Part shown: positions 8,668-17,839 of the stretch, piece by piece
Position numbering within the stretch: position 1 is the stretch's first letter
Layout of the letters: every line of letters starts with the position of its first letter
Notes under the pieces: generated by a model
What the model was told of the DNA's origin: nothing
Database searches by the model: none
Seen by the model: the letters and a program-made list of their open reading frames with translations, nothing else
Origin: Phycisphaerales bacterium
GTDB taxonomy: Bacteria; Planctomycetota; UBA1135; UBA2386
Assembly (NCBI GenBank): GCA_020247305.1
Contig: JADCJE010000032.1
Span: 88,108 to 152,107 of the forward strand
Direction of reading: 5' to 3'
Length of the DNA stretch: 64,000 nt
Position numbers and translations under genes: made by a program

Positions 8668-10170
8668 ATGAATCGCATGATGCTCGCGTTCCTCCTCCTC
8701 GCCGCGGCGTTCCCGGCGGCCCTGGCGGCCCAGTCGGTGCAGCTCGCGGATGGCCGCGTCCTGCTGGCCGAGGTCGAGACCGGCAGCGTCACCGGCGAGG
8801 GTATGCGCGTCCGCCGGCTCGACAACGGCGGCGTCCTCGACCTGCGCTGGGACCACCTGACGCCCGCGAGCGCGATGGAGTGGAAGAAACGCTTCGACCT
8901 CGCGGGCGACGCGCAGGACGAGATCACCGTGCGCGCCGACGAGGTCACGTACGAGATCGGCGGCACGCGGCGCTCGGTCCTGGGCCGCATCGTCGACCAG
9001 ACCACCGACAGCGTCGTCGTCCAGCAGAAGGGCGTGCCGAGCACGATCAAGCGGCGCGACGTCGTCGGCGTGCGCAAGGTCGACGCGCCGGTCACGCAGG
9101 TGATGACGCGCGAGGAGTACTACGGCGAACTGCTGCAGCAGGCGCAGCCCGGCGCCGACGCCGACAAGCACCTGCTGGTCGCCGAGACCCTGATGAAGGT
9201 GCGCGACTACGACCGGGCCATCGAGCACGTCGAGAAGGCCAAGGCGGCCGGCAACAGCAAGAACCCGCCGCAGATCGACGCCATGCTCGGCAAGCTGCAG
9301 CGCTACAAGGAGGCGCAGAAGGAACTGAAGCTGCTGGAGGACATCCAGGCCGCTCGCAGCCGCGGCGGCGTCGCCGACTTCGAAAAGGGCGGCAAGCTGA
9401 TCGCGCAGTTCGAGAAGGATTTCCCGCAGACGAAGCTCAAGAGCGAGTTCGACGCCGAGAAGCGCCGGTTCGCCGAGGCGCGCACGCGCTTCCTGACCGG
9501 TCAGGTGGCCGAGAAGTTCCGCGACGGCGTGCGCGTGGTCGCCGACAAGGCCTGCGGCGACGCGGCGATGACGCTGCAGGCGGCGCGCGACTTCGCGACC
9601 GCCAAGATGAGCGACGAGATCTTCGCGCGCGTGGCGCAGCAACTCCGCCTGGACGTCGCCGAGGTCAAGACGCTCTGGGCCGCCCGCAAGGACAACTCCA
9701 TCGGCCGCCGCGTCGAGCACTACGGCTACGCGGTCGGCTCGTGGGTGCTCGGCGAGCAGGCCATCCTGAAGGACACGACCCAGGGCAAGGCCAACGCGGC
9801 GCAGAAGGCACGCGCCGGCGACAGCCCGGCCGCGGCGGGCGGCAACCCGCAACTGGATCGGCTGGCCAAGCTGCTGCGGCAGGCACAGGAGCGGCGGAAT
9901 GCCCAGCAGTCGCAGGGCGGCCAGGAGCGCGAGCAGACGGACGAGGACTGGTGGCGCGAGGCCGAGCGCGTCGACCGAGCCGGGTTTCTGCGCGCGTACT
10001 ACGCCGAATTCGGCGGCCAGATGGTCGTCACCTTCGCGACGGTCTCGCCGTGCATCAGCTGCAGCGGGGAAGGCACGGTGCCGGAGCTCGGCGGCGACGG
10101 TCGCATCGTGAGCAACAAGTGCTTCCTGTGCCACGGCACCAAGTGGCTGCGCAGCTTCAAGGCGTACTGA
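8668..10170 (+). CDS. Secreted TPR-like/coiled-coil protein with a C-terminal DnaJ-type CxxCxGxG zinc finger
   Basis: Signal peptide MNRMMLAFLLLAAAFPAALAAQS. CISCSGEG...CFLCHGTKW at 10051-10146. Only a 5-nt gap after the pseudopilin gene. Confidence 0.65.
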   Translation: MNRMMLAFLLLAAAFPAALAAQSVQLADGRVLLAEVETGSVTGEGMRVRRLDNGGVLDLRWDHLTPASAMEWKKRFDLAGDAQDEITVRADEVTYEIGGTRRSVLGRIVDQTTDSVVVQQKGVPSTIKRRDVVGVRKVDAPVTQVMTREEYYGELLQQAQPGADADKHLLVAETLMKVRDYDRAIEHVEKAKAAGNSKNPPQIDAMLGKLQRYKEAQKELKLLEDIQAARSRGGVADFEKGGKLIAQFEKDFPQTKLKSEFDAEKRRFAEARTRFLTGQVAEKFRDGVRVVADKACGDAAMTLQAARDFATAKMSDEIFARVAQQLRLDVAEVKTLWAARKDNSIGRRVEHYGYAVGSWVLGEQAILKDTTQGKANAAQKARAGDSPAAAGGNPQLDRLAKLLRQAQERRNAQQSQGGQEREQTDEDWWREAERVDRAGFLRAYYAEFGGQMVVTFATVSPCISCSGEGTVPELGGDGRIVSNKCFLCHGTKWLRSFKAY

Positions 10171-10175
10171 ACGCC

Positions 10176-11270
10176 GTGACTCGATCCTCGTTGCCAGGCC
10201 TGCTGGCCGGCACGAGCGTCCGGTCGGCGAGGCACAGTGCTGCCCCGGCTCGTATCGCCGGGTTGCTCGCGGCCGTTGCTGTGGTCGCGGCATGCAGCGG
10301 GCCACCCCGGGCGCCAACTGGGGCGATCCCGAGCCAGCCGAAGTCGGCCGCGTCGCCGCCGCCGAAGCTGGCGCCCGTGACCCCGCCGCGCGTCGACCCC
10401 AAGCTCGGACCGGACGTGCTGTTGCCCGCGCCGGCGGGCGGTGACGATGAAGTCGCGCGGGTCGGCGATCTGGTGCTGCGCCGCAGCCATGCCTTCGCGC
10501 GTCTGCTGACGGCCAGCCCCAAGATGGCGCTCTCCGCCGTCGACCTGCTCGTCTTCGACGCCCTGGTCGCACGGCACGCGCGTGAGTTCGGCATCCAGGT
10601 GGCGACGGCCAGGGTCGACGAACTGGCGGCGGCAGAGGAAACGACGCTGCGCCAGCAGTTGGCCGAGGAGCAACAGGGGCAGGTGGACTTCTCGGCGTAC
10701 CTCTTCCGGGTGTTCGGCATGGCCGAAGACGACTGGCGGCAGACGCTGCGGCTGCGCACGGCGCAGCGGCTGTACCAAGGGTACGTCCTGCGCTACCTGG
10801 CCTTGCGCGAGGATCGCGCCCAAGTCCGGTTCCTGGTGCACGCTGACCAGGTTCTGTGCCGGGAGGTCGCGACGAAGGTCCGCGCCGGAGCCGACTTCGC
10901 GACCCTGGCCAACAAGCACTCCGAGGATCCGTCGCGGCGGGACGGCGGTCTGCTGCCGCCGTTCGGGCGGGAGTTCCAGCACCCGGTTGCCAAGGTCGCA
11001 TTCGAGCTCGACCGCGGGGGCGTGAGCGAGCCGTTCGAGGCGGCTTGGGGCGATGGCAAACGGTGGTTCGTCGTGTTCTGCCTCGACCGCATGCCGGGGC
11101 GCGACGTGCCGTTCGACGCCGTCGCCGCCGAGATCGACGCCGGTCTCGCCGCTCGTCCGATCACGCCGCTCGAGACCACCGCGTACACGCTGCGCTGGCG
11201 CACCGGTCTCGATGGCGACCGGGACGCCGGCCAGACCGTCGGTCCTTCGCCGGCGCCGCAGTCGCGGTAG
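10176..11270 (+). CDS. PpiC/parvulin-type peptidyl-prolyl isomerase lipoprotein (SurA/PrsA-like)
   Basis: Lipobox-like AVVAAC|SG. Parvulin stretch ADFATLANKHSEDPSRRDGGLLPPFGR..VSEPFEAAWG..FVVFCLD. The start (GTG 10176) is uncertain. Confidence 0.65.
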   Translation: MTRSSLPGLLAGTSVRSARHSAAPARIAGLLAAVAVVAACSGPPRAPTGAIPSQPKSAASPPPKLAPVTPPRVDPKLGPDVLLPAPAGGDDEVARVGDLVLRRSHAFARLLTASPKMALSAVDLLVFDALVARHAREFGIQVATARVDELAAAEETTLRQQLAEEQQGQVDFSAYLFRVFGMAEDDWRQTLRLRTAQRLYQGYVLRYLALREDRAQVRFLVHADQVLCREVATKVRAGADFATLANKHSEDPSRRDGGLLPPFGREFQHPVAKVAFELDRGGVSEPFEAAWGDGKRWFVVFCLDRMPGRDVPFDAVAAEIDAGLAARPITPLETTAYTLRWRTGLDGDRDAGQTVGPSPAPQSR

Positions 11271-11377
11271 CCTTCGGTCGCCGCCGCGGCAGCCCGTCGG
11301 CAGCCCGAAGAAACCGCTGTCTTCCGCTCCGGCAGATGGGTGACTGCGGACGCGGCGATGGTTAGAACCTCCCGCGC

Positions 11378-12340
11378 ATGGACGACATCACGCGTGAGTT
11401 CCCTGCCGACACCACGCCGACGCCGTCTTCCGGAGAACGCGGTCAGGCGTCCTCCGGCAAGGGCCCGGAGGAAGTGCAGCGATTCGAACGCGGCGAGGTG
11501 GCGGCAGACCTCGTCGTGCGCGACCGGTTGTCAGCGTCGGATCCGACGCTGCGACCGCTCGATCCCGAACCCGGTGAAACAGTCGCTGGCGCGCGCGATC
11601 GCAGCGAAGGCGTCGATGACGTCTCGTATGACGCGGCGCCTGCCGGCGACGCGATCGCCGAACCTGCCGCCGCCGTCGAGCCGTCGGTGACGCCGGTCGA
11701 CGACGACAGCGTCGCGGCGGACGCCGCCGCGCGCGCCGTCGAGGACGAGGCCAGCACGTTGTCGGTCGAAGACGACCTCGGTGATGCGGAAGGCCTGCCG
11801 CCGGTGCCCGAACTCGCCGACGCCGCCGCGGTCGCGCGCATGGTGTTCGTGCTGATGCTGTCCTCGCGCGAAGGTCTGTCGCTGCTGCGTCTGGCGCAGG
11901 CGTGCAACACGACGCAGAAGCTGGTCGAGGAGGCGCTCGTGCGGCTGCGCGAGCAGTTCCAGCAGGCCGGCTTGCCCGTCGAACTCGCGCGCACCGGCGA
12001 CACGGTGAAGTGGATGTCGGGCAGCGAGACCTTCCCGTACCTGCAGCGCCTGCGCGGCGTGAAGAAGCTGGAGCGGCTCTCGCCGGCCGCACTGGAGACC
12101 CTCGCGGTCATCGCGTACCGCCAGCCGGTCATGCGCAGCGAGATCGAAGCGATCCGCGGCGTGAAGGCCGGCCCGATGCTGCGCACGCTGCTGCACCACA
12201 AGCTGGTCAAGGTGACGGGACGCGCCGACGTGCCCGGTCGCCCGTTGCAGTACGGCACCACGCCGCAGTTCCTCGAGCGCTTCGGCATCGCCTCCCTGCA
12301 GGAGCTGCCGAGCATCAAGGAGTGGAAGAGCCTCGGCTGA
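11378..12340 (+). CDS. scpB: Segregation and condensation protein B with a long acidic N-terminal extension
   Basis: LSPAALETLAVIAYRQPVMRSEIEAIRGV...VKVTGRADVPGRPLQYGTTPQFLERFGI is a typical ScpB winged-helix core. Confidence 0.85.
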   Translation: MDDITREFPADTTPTPSSGERGQASSGKGPEEVQRFERGEVAADLVVRDRLSASDPTLRPLDPEPGETVAGARDRSEGVDDVSYDAAPAGDAIAEPAAAVEPSVTPVDDDSVAADAAARAVEDEASTLSVEDDLGDAEGLPPVPELADAAAVARMVFVLMLSSREGLSLLRLAQACNTTQKLVEEALVRLREQFQQAGLPVELARTGDTVKWMSGSETFPYLQRLRGVKKLERLSPAALETLAVIAYRQPVMRSEIEAIRGVKAGPMLRTLLHHKLVKVTGRADVPGRPLQYGTTPQFLERFGIASLQELPSIKEWKSLG

Positions 12341-12395
12341 TCTCTGGAGGCTTGCATCGCCAGCCGCGGTTCCTACACTCGCGCGCCGCGTTCGC

Positions 12396-12473
12396 GTCCC
12401 GGTCGTCTAGTCCGGCCTAGGACCCTAGATTTTCATTCTAGTAACACGGGTTCGAATCCCGTCCGGGATACCA
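12396..12473 (+). tRNA. tRNA-Glu (anticodon TTC), CCA encoded
   Basis: Manual cloverleaf. Acceptor GTCCCGG/CCGGGAT, anticodon stem CTAGA/TCTAG with loop TTTTCAT, T-arm ACGGG-TTCGAAT-CCCGT, then A-CCA. Confidence 0.9.
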
Positions 12474-12525
12474 GACGCACAGGCAGGCCGGCCTCCGCAC
12501 AGCGGGGGTCGGCCTGTTGGCTTTC

Positions 12526-14085
12526 ATGACCGCAGCTGCAACGGATCTCCTGTCCCTGCTGCGCCGCGGCGCCGAGCGGCGCGGCGCCTCGACCTTCATG
12601 GCGGTTGGCGCCGAGAGCGTCGCTGGCGATACCTTTGCCGTGCGCGTCGTGTCGGCGGCCGCCGGGCTCCGTGGCCTGGGACTCGGCCCCGGCGATCGCG
12701 TCGCGATCCTGCTGACGCGCAGCGTCGACGAGGCCGTTTGGCTCCTGGCGGTCGCCATCGCCGGCGGCATCGCCGTGCCGATCCACGGCAAACTGAAGGA
12801 CCTGCAGGTCGCGCACATCCTGCGCGACTGCGCGCCGTTCGCCGTCGTCGCCTCCGCCAACCGGTTGATCGCTCTGGCGGACCCGCAGGCGGTCCTCCAG
12901 GGCCCGCGAGTACTCGCCGTTGGCGAGCGCGAACTGCCGGTGGCTGCGGCTCCGGCGCCGACTGGCGACGACGCACCGACTGCGCCTGTGCCGGACGCTC
13001 CCGCAGTCCTGCTCTACACGAGCGGCAGCACCGGCCTCGCCAAGGGCATCCTGCAATCGCACCGCAACCTCGCCCTCGGCGCGGCGCTCGTCGCCGACTA
13101 CCTCAGCCTCGGGCCGACCGACCACGTGCTGGCGTTGCTGCCGCTCAGCTTCGACTACGGCCTCAACCAATTGCTCGGCGCACTGCACGCAGGTTGCGCG
13201 ATCACGGCAGCCGACCACCTCGGCATCGGCGAAATGGCGCATCTGCTGCGCGCCCATCGTCCGACGGGACTCGCGGGGGTGCCCGCGCTCTGGCACGAAG
13301 TCGCCGCCGGCCTCGCGAGCGGCGCGTTGACCGCGGCCGATGGCGCGTCGCTGCGCTACATGACGAACAGCGGCGGCGCCCTGCGCCCGGCCGACGGCGC
13401 GGCGGTGCGCGCCGCCTGGCCGCACGTCCGCGTCTTCGCCATGTACGGGTTGACGGAAGCCTTCCGCAGCGCGTACCTGCCGCCCGACGAGTACGACGCC
13501 CACCCGACGTCGTTCGGCCGCGCGCTGCCTGGCGTCGAGTTGTTGCTCGTGGACCCCGCGACCGGCGTGGTGGTGGAGGGCGCGGGCACCGGGGAACTCG
13601 TCCACGTGGGCGCACTGGTGGCGCTCGGTTATTGGCGCCGCCCCGAGGACGATGCGGCGCGCTTTCGCCGCGATCCCCGCGGCGGGACGCGGTGCGCGGT
13701 CTGGTCGGGTGACCTCGTGCGTCGCGACGAAGCCGGTCGGCTGTTCTTCGTCGCCCGCGGCGACCGCCTGTTGAAGGTCGCCGGCCACCGCGTGTCGCCG
13801 GACGAAGTAGCGGCCGCCGTCGCGGGTACGGATGGCGTCGGCGAAGTCGCCGTGTTCGGCGTGGACGGCGGCAGCGACGGGCACGCGATCGTGCTGTGCG
13901 TCCAGGGTGAAGCCTCTGATCGCGACCTCGGCGAACGCGTCAGCCGGCGCTGCCGCGCGCGGCTGCCGTCGTACATGCAGCCAGCCGTCGTCCATGTCCT
14001 GCCGGCGCTGCCGCACAACCCCAACGGCAAGGTGGACGAAGCCGCGCTGCGCCGCATGCTGCCGCCATGGACCGGGAACCGCTGA
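12526..14085 (+). CDS. AMP-dependent synthetase/acyl-CoA ligase (resembles the exosortase-associated ligase family)
   Basis: AMP-binding motif LLYTSGSTGLAKG. LPLSFDYGLNQLL stretch. The ORF track start at 12517 is TTG; the first ATG is at 12526. Confidence 0.8.
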   Translation: MTAAATDLLSLLRRGAERRGASTFMAVGAESVAGDTFAVRVVSAAAGLRGLGLGPGDRVAILLTRSVDEAVWLLAVAIAGGIAVPIHGKLKDLQVAHILRDCAPFAVVASANRLIALADPQAVLQGPRVLAVGERELPVAAAPAPTGDDAPTAPVPDAPAVLLYTSGSTGLAKGILQSHRNLALGAALVADYLSLGPTDHVLALLPLSFDYGLNQLLGALHAGCAITAADHLGIGEMAHLLRAHRPTGLAGVPALWHEVAAGLASGALTAADGASLRYMTNSGGALRPADGAAVRAAWPHVRVFAMYGLTEAFRSAYLPPDEYDAHPTSFGRALPGVELLLVDPATGVVVEGAGTGELVHVGALVALGYWRRPEDDAARFRRDPRGGTRCAVWSGDLVRRDEAGRLFFVARGDRLLKVAGHRVSPDEVAAAVAGTDGVGEVAVFGVDGGSDGHAIVLCVQGEASDRDLGERVSRRCRARLPSYMQPAVVHVLPALPHNPNGKVDEAALRRMLPPWTGNR

Positions 14086-14657
14086 TCGAACTGCTGCGCC
14101 GGCACGCCGAGGCGTGGTCGGACGAACGTCCGCTCGCCGAGCGCTTCGTCGCGTTCGCGCGCGCGCACGCCGACTGCCTGCTGCGGACGTGCCCGCCGGG
14201 GCACATCACCGCATCGGCGTGGATCGTCGACGCAGCGGGCGAGCGGGCGTTGCTGACGCACCATCGCAAACTCGGCCGCTGGCTGCAGCTTGGCGGCCAC
14301 GTCGATGGCGAACCGCGCGTCGAGCGCGCGGCGTTGCGCGAAGCCGTGGAGGAGTCGGGCATGGCCCGCTTCGAGTTCGCGCACTGGGCTGGCGCGCTGA
14401 CGCCGCTGGACCTCGACGTGCACGCGATCCCGGCGCGCGGGTCGGAGCCGGAGCACCTGCATTGGGACGTGCGATTCTGGCTGCGCGCCATGCCCGGCCA
14501 GGCCCTGGCCATCTCCGCGGAGTCCACCGATCTGCGCTGGTTCACGCCGGCGGAGCTCGCCGCGACCACGGCCGAGGAGAGCGTCCTGCGCATGCTGCGC
14601 AAGGTCGCGGATCTGCGGGCACGCGGTGGTGGCCGCTGGCTGCCGGCGGACGGATGA
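14067..14657 (+). CDS. NUDIX hydrolase
   Basis: Nudix box GGHVDGEPRVERAALREAVEESGM. Overlaps the ligase gene by 19 nt. Confidence 0.85.
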   Translation: MDREPLIELLRRHAEAWSDERPLAERFVAFARAHADCLLRTCPPGHITASAWIVDAAGERALLTHHRKLGRWLQLGGHVDGEPRVERAALREAVEESGMARFEFAHWAGALTPLDLDVHAIPARGSEPEHLHWDVRFWLRAMPGQALAISAESTDLRWFTPAELAATTAEESVLRMLRKVADLRARGGGRWLPADG

Positions 14658-14664
14658 TGCGGCC

Positions 14665-15675
14665 ATGACGGCAGGCGGCAACGCTGGTCAGCCACGCCCC
14701 GTGCGGCGCCGCCGGCTGCGCCGCGGCATCGCCGTCGGCGTGGTGCTCGCCGTGGCGTGGCTGGCGGGCAGGGGAGCCATGCTGGTCGGCCGCGAACCGG
14801 CGTCGGTCGCTGGCGACGATGTCGCGAACGGCGAGCGCTCGGCAACCAAGTCGAACAAGCCGCTGCCTGATGCCGCCCCTGCGGCCGAGCTGTCTTCGGT
14901 CGTCGCCTCGACGCCTGCCCCGACGGCTCCGCCCCTTGGCGAGCCGACCGCCGCCGGCGCGGCGCCGACTGTCCCGCTTGCCACTGCCGCGGCGACGTCT
15001 GGCCCGACCGTGGATGCCGACCGCTTCGCCGCGTTGACGTCGGCCCTTGCCGTGCACATCGAGCGCGCAGAGTTCGCGGCCGCCGGCGCGGCCTTGGCGC
15101 ACGTGCGCAGCCTGCCGCTCGCTGCCGCGCAGCGCACCGAGGTCGATCGCATGGAGCGCACGCTGCGCACGGCGGCGCGGGATCGTCTGGAGGCCGTCGA
15201 AGCGGACCTCGCCGCCGGACGCGGTCGGGCGGCTGCGGCCGCATTCGCGCCCTTCGCGGCGGTCCGCGCGAGCGGCGGCGCGTGGTTGGACGAGGCCATG
15301 GCCACGACCGGTTGGTCGGCGTGGCGGAGCGGGACGATCGCCCCCGATGCGGCACTGCCGTCGCCGCGGCCGCTCGCCCGCGGCCGGGCGGTGACCGCAC
15401 ACGGTGCGGACGGTGTCGTGCGCGGCATGGTCGTCGCTGGCGACGCGACGGAGTGCACGCTGCGCGTCGACCACGCGAGCGGCGTCGCGTTCCCGACCGT
15501 GGCGCTGGTCGTGTGCGAGCCGGAGGGCCCTTCCGGCGACGAGGCGATCGACCTCGCCCTGGCCGCGGCGCGCCAGGGGGATGGCGTGCTCGCCAGGGCG
15601 TGGGCGCTGGTCGCGGCACGGCGCGGCGGCGAACGATCGCTGCGCTGGCCCCGCCTGCTGGCCGCGTTGCCCTGA
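14665..15675 (+). CDS. Hypothetical Ala-rich membrane-anchored protein
   Basis: ATG at 14665 just after the NUDIX stop. Arg-rich N-terminus followed by hydrophobic IAVGVVLAVAWLAG. No family motif. Confidence 0.45.
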   Translation: MTAGGNAGQPRPVRRRRLRRGIAVGVVLAVAWLAGRGAMLVGREPASVAGDDVANGERSATKSNKPLPDAAPAAELSSVVASTPAPTAPPLGEPTAAGAAPTVPLATAAATSGPTVDADRFAALTSALAVHIERAEFAAAGAALAHVRSLPLAAAQRTEVDRMERTLRTAARDRLEAVEADLAAGRGRAAAAAFAPFAAVRASGGAWLDEAMATTGWSAWRSGTIAPDAALPSPRPLARGRAVTAHGADGVVRGMVVAGDATECTLRVDHASGVAFPTVALVVCEPEGPSGDEAIDLALAAARQGDGVLARAWALVAARRGGERSLRWPRLLAALP

Positions 15676-15702
15676 GCGTGCGTCGGACTTCTTCGCAGGC
15701 TC

Positions 15703-17778
15703 TCAGGCGCCCGGATCGCGGCCGAGCCAGCGGAGGGCCAACGCCATCGCGCCGACGCCGCCGAGCAAGGCAAGGGGCCAGATCTGCGGCCCGAAGAATG
15801 CCAGCGGCAGGTAGCCGCACGCGATGGTCGCGGTGAACGCGAGCAGCGCGTAGGGGAACTGCGTCTGCACGTGGTCGATCAGGCCGCAGCGCGATCCAAT
15901 CGCACTGAGCACCGTGGTGTCGCTGATCGGCGAGCAATGGTCGCCGAAGATCGCGCCTTCCATCACCGCGCCGAGGCACAGCAGCATCAGGGCCGGGCCG
16001 CCAGCCGCAGGATCGCCCGTGAAGGCGCCTTCCGTGCCGGTCTGGTGGGCGAGCACGACCACGTTCGGCAGCAGGATCGCCATGGTGCCGAAGCTGGTGC
16101 CGGTGGCGAACGCGATGCTGGAGGCGACGACGAACAGGACCGTCGGGAGCGCCCAGGGGCTCAACGCGTCGCGAATCGCCGTGGTCAGGAAGAAGCTGGT
16201 GCCGAGGTCCTTGCACAGATGGCCGAGGCACCACGCCAGGAAGAGGATGCCGAAGGCGCCGCCGAGCGGACGCAGCGTCGCAACGCACGTCGCCACCACC
16301 TCGCGCGCCGACAGCAGGCGCTGGATCCCGGTCAGCCCCAGGGCGACGAGCCACGCCGTGGCGGCCGCGCCGAGCAGCGCCCAATCGCTGCGGCTGTTGG
16401 CCAGCACCGTGCGCACGCGCTCGCCGAAGGCCGCCGTCTCCGGCAGCTTTGCAGCCGCATGCCAACCGATCGCGAGCATCGTGCCGACGGTGCCGACGAC
16501 CAGCACCAGCAATGGAACGATGGCGTTGCGGGCGCGGGCGCGCGGATGCGCCGGCATCGCTGGCGCGGCATCCGGCAAGTCACCGTTGGGCACACCGCGG
16601 CGAGCCGCCCGCTCGGCGGCGAGCATCGGGCCGAAGTCGCGCCGCAGCACGATCGTCGTCGCGACGAGCGCCAGCGCGAACCAGCAGTAGCAGCGGAAGG
16701 GCAACGTCGCGAGGAAGACCTCGAAGGCGTCGCCTGGCACGTACGGCGTGCCGTCGGCGCGCGTGACCAGGGCCAGCGGCGCCCGGTACTGGGACATCTC
16801 GTACGTGACCCAGGTGGAGAAGACGGAGACGCCGGCGATCGGCGCGGCGGTCGAGTCGACGATGTACGCGAGTTTTGCCCGCGACACGCGGGAGGCATCG
16901 CACAGCGGCTGCATCGACGAACCGACCAGCAGGCAGTTGGTGTAGTCGTCGAAGAACACCGCGATTCCGGCGGCGAATGTCGCCAGCTGCGCGCTGACCG
17001 GACCGCGCACGCGGCGCTTTAGGAGCGCGACCAGTCCCTGCACGCCGCCATTGCGCGTGATCAGGCCGACGGTCATGAACAGGAAGACGACGAAGGCCGT
17101 GATCCGCAGGTAGAAGTCCTCGCAGACCGAGCGCCGCCAGAAGGCATCCGCGAGGAAGTGCCACGTGCCGGCGACCAACGCTTCGGGAACCGCGAGCGGC
17201 GCGGACCAGCCGAAGTCGGCGGCGGCGTCGAACCGCTGGCCAGGAAGGACCGCGATGGCGAAGGCCACGCCGCCGGCGGCGCAGGCCAGCCACAACGACA
17301 TGAGCACCCTTTGCGTCAGGACCGCGACGGCGATCGCGACGACCGCCGGCAGCAGGCTCCAGCGTGCGGCAAAGGGCAGCAGCAGAGTGCTGGCGGCGGC
17401 GCCGACGACCGGCGACGGCACTTCGGCCTGGCAGCCCTGCTGCCCGATCCGGACCAGGACTGGCAACGGCGCACCGCCGGTGTCGACCCGCGTCGGCCGT
17501 CCGTCGGCCGTCTGCGCCGCCGCCCACTCGGCGGCGATGCGGGCGTAGCCGCGCGCCGTCGCGGTCGGGTCGGTCGGCGGCGGCAAGACCTCGACGGCGA
17601 GCGGCGGGATCGCATCGTCGCGCCGCCACGCCGGGAGCGGCGAATCCGGCCCCAGCAGCCATTCGCGGACGCGCAACTGGGTCGCGTGCGCCCGGTCCTG
17701 CGGGCCGTCGGCCGACGGCATGGCGACGAACCAGCCGAGCAGGACGAGGACGACGAGGATCCGGACGCTGAGACGCAT
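15703..17778 (-). CDS. NhaC-family Na+/H+ antiporter with an N-terminal signal/periplasmic extension
   Basis: Multi-TM protein. FFDDYTNCLLVGSSM and GDHCSPISDTTVLSA are NhaC-like. Signal-like MRLSVRILVVLVLLGWFVA. An alternative longer start exists at 17841. Confidence 0.8.
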   Translation of the reverse strand: MRLSVRILVVLVLLGWFVAMPSADGPQDRAHATQLRVREWLLGPDSPLPAWRRDDAIPPLAVEVLPPPTDPTATARGYARIAAEWAAAQTADGRPTRVDTGGAPLPVLVRIGQQGCQAEVPSPVVGAAASTLLLPFAARWSLLPAVVAIAVAVLTQRVLMSLWLACAAGGVAFAIAVLPGQRFDAAADFGWSAPLAVPEALVAGTWHFLADAFWRRSVCEDFYLRITAFVVFLFMTVGLITRNGGVQGLVALLKRRVRGPVSAQLATFAAGIAVFFDDYTNCLLVGSSMQPLCDASRVSRAKLAYIVDSTAAPIAGVSVFSTWVTYEMSQYRAPLALVTRADGTPYVPGDAFEVFLATLPFRCYCWFALALVATTIVLRRDFGPMLAAERAARRGVPNGDLPDAAPAMPAHPRARARNAIVPLLVLVVGTVGTMLAIGWHAAAKLPETAAFGERVRTVLANSRSDWALLGAAATAWLVALGLTGIQRLLSAREVVATCVATLRPLGGAFGILFLAWCLGHLCKDLGTSFFLTTAIRDALSPWALPTVLFVVASSIAFATGTSFGTMAILLPNVVVLAHQTGTEGAFTGDPAAGGPALMLLCLGAVMEGAIFGDHCSPISDTTVLSAIGSRCGLIDHVQTQFPYALLAFTATIACGYLPLAFFGPQIWPLALLGGVGAMALALRWLGRDPGA

Positions 17779-17839
17779 CGGCGCGGAGGGGGAGCTTTCG
17801 CTCCCGTGCAGGCGATGCGGAGCGTAGCGTTCATCGCGC

